Shown here piece by piece: positions 7,578-14,400 of a stretch of DNA of 24,456 nt. Numbering within the stretch: position 1 is the stretch's first letter; the number at the start of each line of letters is the position of its first letter. A program made the translations under genes and the position numbers. Origin of the DNA: a virus (lineage: Duplodnaviria > Caudoviricetes); the IMG/VR virus record IMGVR_UViG_3300043442_000977, positions 1 to 24,456 of that record; one strand, 5' to 3'. The notes below the pieces were generated by a model. The model was not told where the DNA came from. It searched no databases and worked only from the letters and a program-made list of their open reading frames with translations.

Positions 7578-7627
7578 GCCTAGGCAAGCGAGGGGCGTTA
7601 AGCTTGAAAACAGTTCTTCCGAACATT

Positions 7628-8014
7628 ATGTTGATTGCTTATCGCCCTGAGCTTGAAAATCCGCCTCGCGAGGGTGGGTTTGGTGTTATTACAGACGCTG
7701 GAATGATTCAGCTCAGCCCTGGCGTCAACGCAGACATTCCTGAAACTAAGTGGGCTCAAGCACGAAACAATGGCACAGTCAAGCGCCTCATGGCAATTGG
7801 TGCCATTGAAGAACTGAAAGAAGCCCCAACAGTGCAAGAGATTCCTCAAAAAATTTCTACACTGGCCGCTATGCCCTTGACTGATTCATTGCGCATGATT
7901 GAAATCATGCACGACGAAGATCAATTGCAGGGCTGGAAAAAGGTTGAAGGACGTATTCGCGTTCGTAATGCCATCAACAAGCGGCTTGAAGCCATTCGCA
8001 CGGGGAACGCCTGA
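7628..8014 (+). CDS. Hypothetical post-capsid protein (128 aa)
   Basis: Fills the gap between the major capsid gene and the adaptor. ATG 7628 is preferred over TTG 7604. Confidence 0.65.
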   Translation: MLIAYRPELENPPREGGFGVITDAGMIQLSPGVNADIPETKWAQARNNGTVKRLMAIGAIEELKEAPTVQEIPQKISTLAAMPLTDSLRMIEIMHDEDQLQGWKKVEGRIRVRNAINKRLEAIRTGNA

Positions 8015-8016
8015 TC

Positions 8017-8331
8017 ATGGCAGTTACCTACGCAACGTTTCTTGATCGCTTCCCTGAATTCACTCCCCATCCATCGGGAATTGTGAACGGGGCCATTGAC
8101 GAGGCAACGGCAGATGCAAGCGCTGATGTGTTTGGCAGTCAAACCGACAGAGCTGTTAAGCATCTTGCTGCTCACATTATTGCCATTCAACTTGCTCAAA
8201 TGGGCATCCAAATTGGAGCTACAGAGGGCAAGGTTTATGGCAAAGGGCTCGAAGCCACGCAATATGGCCAAGAGTTCAAACGAATGCTTGAAACCGTCGC
8301 TGGTGCTTCTTCCATTGGTTTCGTCGTATGA
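8017..8331 (+). CDS. DUF4054 head-to-tail adaptor
   Basis: FLDRFPEF, HLAAH and ATQYGQEF motifs, plus position after the capsid gene. Confidence 0.8.
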   Translation: MAVTYATFLDRFPEFTPHPSGIVNGAIDEATADASADVFGSQTDRAVKHLAAHIIAIQLAQMGIQIGATEGKVYGKGLEATQYGQEFKRMLETVAGASSIGFVV

Positions 8332-8717
8332 CTAACGTGCTGGCTCCTCTTGCTAATGCCACTCTGGTTTGGCAAGTTGCGTCTGGCTACGTTATTGATA
8401 GCGAAAATGGCAATTACGTGGCCGTCTCTACTGGCATCACGTACTATGCAAGCCTGAAGCAAAAGCAGAACCCACGGTTTGATTATTTGCTCGGCGCAGA
8501 TAATACAGCCGTTTACATGGAGGGACGACTGACTGGGCCATTGGCCCTTTCTGGCATCACTCCTGGAAGCTCTGCTGCTGCAACAATCAATGGAAGAGAA
8601 GGACGGTTTGAGCTATTACCAAACGAGCAAATTGCTGAACATTATTGGCAATTTCTCGGCACGCCAATCAGAGGCATTTTTAGACTGGTTGGCAAGGGAA
8701 GCGTACAGAACGTCTGA
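8328..8717 (+). CDS. Putative head-closure (stopper) protein
   Basis: Size, beta-rich pattern and position directly after the adaptor (ATGA overlap). Function is inferred from synteny. Confidence 0.5.
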   Translation: MTNVLAPLANATLVWQVASGYVIDSENGNYVAVSTGITYYASLKQKQNPRFDYLLGADNTAVYMEGRLTGPLALSGITPGSSAAATINGREGRFELLPNEQIAEHYWQFLGTPIRGIFRLVGKGSVQNV

Positions 8718-8753
8718 CGCTAAACACACTTTCTCTCCATTGAGGATCTTCAA

Positions 8754-9332
8754 ATGCTCTATCATCCCACTGAGCTAGTGAAAAGCCAGGACGTTATTGT
8801 GCGTGTTGGCTCCATCGACGGCACTGCTCGCCCTGTGATCACCCAGAGCGGCGCTACATTCACCGTTAGCGGCGCCCCCACTCTCTACACCTTGCAAGCC
8901 GCTACGACGGCCTCTGTGGCCTTTAACGACGGCAACACTGAGTTCTACCTCCTGGGCGGCGGCGGCTTCTCTGATAGCGTTATCGTCACCTCTCAGGCGA
9001 CCGCCTCGATCACTTCCTACTTCCAGAAAGATGTCGATGGTACGGTGTTCCTGCCGAACAGCTTTGACGAAGCCTTCCAGGTGATCAGTGCTTCGCGCTA
9101 CAACAAGAACAGCGAAGTGTATGTGGAGATCAATAAGCAACTGGGCGCTTCCGGTACCACCTATTACTACGATCGCGTGGCTTACACGGGTCGTGTGATG
9201 AACTACAACGAAAGCTATCCTGCTGACAATCTTGTCGAAGTAACTTTTGACATTATTAGCCGTGGTCGCATTGGCATCCACCAGAACGCTGAAAACACTG
9301 GAAGCCTGATTCCTTCGGCTCCTAATAGCTGA
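8754..9332 (+). CDS. Major tail tube protein
   Basis: Capsid-like high-expression codon bias, tube-like C-terminus 'GRVMNYNESYPADNLVEVTFDIISRG', and a terminator immediately after. Confidence 0.72.
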   Translation: MLYHPTELVKSQDVIVRVGSIDGTARPVITQSGATFTVSGAPTLYTLQAATTASVAFNDGNTEFYLLGGGGFSDSVIVTSQATASITSYFQKDVDGTVFLPNSFDEAFQVISASRYNKNSEVYVEINKQLGASGTTYYYDRVAYTGRVMNYNESYPADNLVEVTFDIISRGRIGIHQNAENTGSLIPSAPNS

Positions 9333-9358
9333 TTCCTCTTTCCCATTGTTTCTTTGCT

Positions 9359-9384
9359 AGCCTGCCTATACGGCAGGCTTTTTT
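9359..9384 (+). terminator. Rho-independent terminator
   Basis: AGCCTGCC-TATAC-GGCAGGCT 8-bp stem followed by TTTTT. Confidence 0.85.
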
Positions 9385-9387
9385 ATT

Positions 9388-9795
9388 GTGAACATTTCAC
9401 AGTTGCGAGATGTAATTACAACGCTCTTGAGCGCTAGCCCTAATTTAATCGGCTCGTATATTTTTCCGAATGGCACCACTGTTCCCGCCGTATATGTGGT
9501 GGGACAAAAAAGCGTGCCTTCTGAATGGAAGGTGACGGGGCTGGAGGTGACAATGCGGCAATACCCAGAAGTGCTGCCGAGGGCCGCCGTGGGCGTAGTA
9601 GACGTACTCCAGCAATGGGAAGTGGTGCTCATGCAGTACAACCCTGATGGCTCCGAAATTGCTTCCGCAATGGATCGAATGAGTAGGCGCTTTCCAGACG
9701 CAAGCTTTCGCTATCTGCCTGGTGATGACGTGGCCTACGAACGCTGCCGTATCATAATTCCAGATAGAGAGATTCGGCGCCTAATTACATCATGA
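9388..9795 (+). CDS. Putative tail terminator/completion protein
   Basis: GTG start, 135 aa, N-terminal helix followed by 'PAVYV'. The call rests on size and context. Confidence 0.5.
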   Translation: MNISQLRDVITTLLSASPNLIGSYIFPNGTTVPAVYVVGQKSVPSEWKVTGLEVTMRQYPEVLPRAAVGVVDVLQQWEVVLMQYNPDGSEIASAMDRMSRRFPDASFRYLPGDDVAYERCRIIIPDREIRRLITS

Positions 9796-10235
9796 CACGT
9801 TTTGTCAATCCAGGCAGGATAGTGGCCGCGCTGTCTCATGCTTTTGAAAAATGGGCAACAGAGGATATCGATGACGCGCACTGGGACGACCAGTTCAGGG
9901 ACATGGATAGATGGGACTGGTCAGGAGAAACGCGTCGCAAAAATGGAGAAGTGGTCGATAGCCCTCGGGATATTTACGACTTAGGCGCCTTGTATCGAAG
10001 CAAAGAATATACAATCATTCAGACTACGAACAGAGCGCAGGCCAAATGGAGATGGACTGCAACCAATTCGTCCGGACAAGAATATGCTTACTACGTCCAC
10101 TATGGCACAGGAGCGACTGATGCTCGTCCTTTCACTGACGACATTGCCATTGCTTCTTCTTTCTTTAGAAAAACACCGGGTATGGCATTGGTTCGTCAAA
10201 TGCAAGCTGCTTTAGACTCGCTCAATGCAAATTGA
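9792..10235 (+). CDS. Neck/tail-completion protein (HK97 gp10-like)
   Basis: 'DLGALYRS', 'YAYYVHYGT' and 'ARPF' resemble the DTGxLxxS / YAxxVExGT / RPF motifs. Confidence 0.65.
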   Translation: MTRFVNPGRIVAALSHAFEKWATEDIDDAHWDDQFRDMDRWDWSGETRRKNGEVVDSPRDIYDLGALYRSKEYTIIQTTNRAQAKWRWTATNSSGQEYAYYVHYGTGATDARPFTDDIAIASSFFRKTPGMALVRQMQAALDSLNAN

Positions 10236-10464
10236 TCTACTGAAAAGTGACGATGGCAGGGTCCATGCCATCAATTGTACTGTCGAAGACTCAGCCTTAG
10301 AGGTGGGCATTCTTTGTCTTGTTTCCTGCAGGGATAGCACCATTAGAATCTGCAATGAAAATCACGATTTCGTGGTGGAACTACCCACTGAGGTGCGTTC
10401 GAGCCATGAAAGAGTGAAAGCCTTTAACGTTGTTCTAAACATTCTGAGCCATGAGCAAATATAG
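10225..10464 (+). CDS. Hypothetical protein (79 aa)
   Basis: Tiles the gap with short overlaps on both sides. No family recognised. Confidence 0.55.
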   Translation: MQIDLLKSDDGRVHAINCTVEDSALEVGILCLVSCRDSTIRICNENHDFVVELPTEVRSSHERVKAFNVVLNILSHEQI

Positions 10465-10999
10465 CTTTCTTCTTGAAACTAAGGCAACTGATTATTTTGA
10501 ACTGCTGCCAGATATTCGCATGAAGAAGTATGGTGGCTGGCTGGTTGCTGAGGCTATCGAACAGGAGGAAATCAGCAAATTGCAAAGCCAAGCTACCATC
10601 CGCGCCGTGCAACTTGCCAAGCGCATTGCTGCCGCCAAGGATATTCCGCTTGACGAGGCATTTGGTTTGCTGCAAGGAGGCGGCGCCATCACTGAAGCTG
10701 AGCTCTTGTCAGATTTCACCGAAGAAACCCTGAGTATGATCACTAGTGGCACTTCAGTGGAAGCTACTAATGCTCGCATGGTCACTGCTTTTATTCGCTC
10801 GCGGGGGCAGGGCTTGATCGATGGCGAGTGGCAAGATTTGCTTGATTGGGAAACGGAAGATACCAAAGGACTCCCTCGTTCCATTGTTTCCAAGATTGTG
10901 GATTTCATTTCCGCTGAACAAGAAGCCGAAATGAAGGAGGCCAATGACACGGCAAAAAAAGCTTCGAAGAGGAGTTCTCCTCAATCGCAGAACGGTTAG
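10451..10999 (+). CDS. Tail assembly chaperone (gpG-equivalent)
   Basis: Lies between the tube and tape measure genes. Acidic and helical, with a slippery A-run near the 3' end. Confidence 0.75.
   Translation: MSKYSFLLETKATDYFELLPDIRMKKYGGWLVAEAIEQEEISKLQSQATIRAVQLAKRIAAAKDIPLDEAFGLLQGGGAITEAELLSDFTEETLSMITSGTSVEATNARMVTAFIRSRGQGLIDGEWQDLLDWETEDTKGLPRSIVSKIVDFISAEQEAEMKEANDTAKKASKRSSPQSQNG
10934..10982 (+). other. Programmed -1 frameshift signal of the tail chaperone
   Basis: AAGGAGG at 10934-10940, in-frame A_AAA_AAA at 10954-10960, and hairpin GAGGA-GTTC-TCCTC at 10969-10982. Confidence 0.78.
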
Positions 11000-11427
11000 A
11001 GCACAATGCTCGCGTCTTCCTAAAAGGGCTTACCAATTGGAATGATCTTTATTTTCGCTTAAACGCGTCGGATTTCAACGATGATCGATGGAACGCGAAA
11101 AATTTTGGGAGACAAAGACTTGCCGACGTTAAGACTGCGCTGAAATATTTAGATAAGCACGATATTGCCAAGCACAATGTCGAGAGCATCGCCATTGCAA
11201 AGCTTGGCACAATGGTGGCTGGGATGATGGCGGGAAAAAATAGCAGGGTTAAGCCCACGGACTTCTTGCCATTTGATACAAAACTTGTCGAAAAAGAAAA
11301 AGGTATTACGCCACAAACCTTAGCCGTTCTTCATCGTCTTCTTAGAACTCAGAAGATGGATGGTAGGGTTATTGGCATGTTGGCTGATGAAATTAAAATG
11401 GCGTCGATGCGTGAACAGTCGCAATAG
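10960..11427 (+). CDS. -1 frame extension of the tail chaperone (gpT-equivalent; fused product about 325 aa)
   Basis: The frame is stop-free from 10960 (SFEEEFSSIAERLEHNARVFLKGLTNWNDLYFRL...) to TAG 11427. The first ATG is at 11212, which is why the ORF track shows only 71 aa. Confidence 0.78.
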   Translation, partial: SFEEEFSSIAERLEHNARVFLKGLTNWNDLYFRLNASDFNDDRWNAKNFGRQRLADVKTALKYLDKHDIAKHNVESIAIAKLGTMVAGMMAGKNSRVKPTDFLPFDTKLVEKEKGITPQTLAVLHRLLRTQKMDGRVIGMLADEIKMASMREQSQ

Positions 11428-11462
11428 TAGCTAAACTGCAAAATAATAGGCTTTGAAATACA

Positions 11463-14400
11463 ATGGCAGGGGAAGCTGGCGCAAGCAATGTTGGCCTTCA
11501 GCTTAGCGTTACGCTTGACTTAGCGGCATTTAGAAAGCAGCTAGGACTGGCTGCACAGGCCGCTGCCGCTTATTATTACCCAATCAATGTTTTTATTGAT
11601 AAAAGAAACTTTGATCGACAGCTAGACAATATTGATCGGCAGTTTGCGCGGAGAAATTACAGGCTAGAGGTCATTACAAATTTTGCGGCAGAAATTGACT
11701 ACGCCGATAAGTTAATCACTAAGATTCAACAAGTTAAACAGGCTGCCAATGGGGGCCAAACGGCCGGCAAAGTTCCACCGGTAGGACTTGTAAACGCTTC
11801 GAATCTAAACCTTACGAAAAAGGATCAAGGCGTATCGGTCGGCGAAATCAAGGCTCTTTACGAGAGCTTGGCAATTGCTGGTGTTGAGGGATTTGAAAGG
11901 GGCAGCAAAAAAACGCGCCTTCAAATGATTGCGCAAATTCAAACGGTTGGCCAAGACGTTATGGCTGGCCTTCTTAACGGACTGGGAAGTGGAGACGCAG
12001 CCCTTGAAGCTGCGGCAAAAAATCTTGGAACAGTATTGATTACCACTTTTAAGCGCTTGCTTGGCATTGCATCTCCATCGCGAGTGTTTCGTGAACTAGG
12101 ACGAAATATTGGAGAAGGCTTTGAGCAAGGCGTTATTGCTTCAATGGACAAGGCTTTTGACGCCTTGGAGCGACAACTTCGACAGCGTCTTGCAGTTTTA
12201 CAGGGCATGATGAGCGGAGGCAGGGGAGCCTTTCCCTTTGTTGCCAAAACTGGACCGATTGAACAAAAAGCTTTATTCGCAGAATCGGCAAATCTTGCTC
12301 GTAAAATTGATCAAACTCGCGCTGAAATTAGCCAAATTCAAGCGCGTCGCGAATCGCGCATGTCTTTACAGCGCGAATCATTAGCCCAATCGGCCGGAAG
12401 GATTTTACCTCCAGCACGAGACCGATCTTTGCCGGCGGCTCGTGGAGCGATTTTTCCCCAGGACACTGCCACTGAGCAGGTTCTGCAAGGGTTCTTCCGT
12501 TCCTTGAGGAATGCGCAAGATTTTTTTGCAAGAAATTTCTCTGCCAATACCTACCTATCGAAAGCTAGTTATCAATTTGCAACTTCAATGAACGAAGCCT
12601 CGCGGCTATTGCGAGAGCAAAGAATTGCAGGACTGCTTCCTTCGCTGGAAATGCTTGAGCCGTTGAAATTTCAACGCGCTATTCAAGCGGCTCAAAAAAT
12701 AGACGCCGCCAACGCCTTCAAGGGTTTGCTATCGACACCTTTGCTTCCTGGCGTCGGGATGACCGGCTCGACCGCTGCGGCACGAGCCACGCTTTCAGGA
12801 CAGCAATTTCGAGCACCAAGTCTCGGACGCACAGAAGCCGGCCAGCCAGGCGCTGCAATGGCTGAATCCGGCCCTATTGCTGACAGGCTTCGGCAGGCGG
12901 CGGTTAACTTCTCGAAAAATGCTCCTTCGGTCATTAAGTACCTAAACCTTTTTAGCACTGCTGGAGGAATCAACATTGGCGACCTTCCGGGGCCGGGAGA
13001 GTCTCCGGGGCAATATATTCGTCGAATTCAACAATCATTACAGCTTCAGCTTAAGCAGGGTGGCTTTGGAGCTGGAACGGTGCCGTCAAGGACGGAATTT
13101 TTTCAACCAGGAAGAGGGCCTCAGCTCCCCGGCATGCCTATTCAGCCATTGCTCCCACCGGGTGGCGGCACGGGTGGCGGCGATCGCGTGAGGGGCGTTG
13201 AACCGGATCGCGGTGGAGCGCTTGCTCTTGCAAAATCACCGTCTACCGATTTACCGAAAAATTACTTTGAAAACGCAAAGAAATATTCGGCAGCTCTTGG
13301 AATGGCGCGGGCTACTATGGACAAATTTTCGGCAGCTCAAGTGCCATTTATTGGAGGCTTACAAGGGTTGGCCGCAGAATTTGGAATGGCAACGAAGCAA
13401 GTGTTGCTGTATGGCACAGCTTATAAGGGGCTCGCTTTTGTTACCAGTCTTCCTGGACAGCTACTAAATGCCGCTAAAGGCCAACAACAATATAACAATG
13501 CTTTGAAAACTGCCACGCAAGACACTGGCACCTATGCGAAGGAGCTTCTGTATGTAGACGGCGTCCAAAGAGCTTTCGGTCTAGATCTTGAAATAACAAG
13601 ACAAGGGTTTGCTCGGCTTTATGCGTCGATGGGACCAGCAGGATTCGATTCTGGCTCTATTGAAAAACTTTTTACAGGCATTAGCGCGGCGACAGCCGCC
13701 TTGCAACTTACTCCCGACAAGGCGGAACGAGTGATTTATGCCTTTGGTCAAATGGCCAGCAAAGGGCAAATTATGAGCGAAGAGCTAAAGGGACAGTTGG
13801 GAGACGTGCTTCCCGGCGCTTTGGCCATCTTCGCCAAGGCGGCTGGAATGTCCGTGAAAGAATTTAACAAGGCAATGGAAGACGGGGAATTCGTTGGCAA
13901 ACGTTTTCGCGAAGTATTTGCTCAAGTGAGTGATCAGCTCATGACTCGCTTTGGAACGGGAGCGCAAGCAGCGGGCAGATCCCTGCAAGGCTTGCTCAAT
14001 ACGGTCAGAGGCGAGTTTCTTCGCACTTTGGAAGCATTGTCTCCCTTGGCCGATGCGGCTGCAAAAGCCGTTTTGGCTCCACTAGGAGAAGGCCTTAAGA
14101 CAATGGCCGTAGGCGCTCAAATTGCAACAGGAGAGATGGGGAGGGTTGCAAAACAAGTGCAAGAAGCACAGCAAGTTGTTGCTGATCTAAAAAAACAAAA
14201 TGCTGACCAAAAGGATATTGATGCAGCAAGTCAAAGTTTGGTAGCACTGGAGGCACGTCTTAGAAGTTTGCAGTTGGCGTCAACAGATCCGGCCATCATG
14301 GATGCAGCCAAAAACATTGACGCATTCACAAAAGAGCTAGCCAAAGCGGGCCAGTTTGTTATGACCGTTGCTCAGGGCATAGGCAGGGTTCTTGGGCCGG

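Noticed and set aside
7575-7583. Stop read-through or frameshift extension of the major capsid
   Set aside because: TGA is followed by GCC TAG, and there is no slippery site or downstream domain.
5414-9281. Long antisense and alternate-frame ORFs over the head and tube genes (e.g. 5778-6248 +, 6037-6522 -, 7068-7511 -, 8775-9281 -)
   Set aside because: Shadow ORFs produced by the strong codon bias of highly expressed genes, with no recognisable motifs.
11232-11243. In-frame G_GGA_AAA / A_AAA_AAT slippery sequence inside the chaperone extension
   Set aside because: The -1 frame hits TAG immediately (11241-11243), so there is no meaningful product.
13159-13181. Short direct repeat CGGGTGGCGGC x2, and the AVRAVRA repeat near 15432
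   Set aside because: Coding micro-duplications in low-complexity linkers, not CRISPR, att or mobile-element repeats.
12520-14200. In-frame T_TTT_TTT (about 12521) and A_AAA_AAA (about 14189) runs in the tape measure
   Set aside because: No stimulatory elements noticed. The A-run -1 frame stops within a few codons. Such runs are expected by chance in a 5.8-kb gene.
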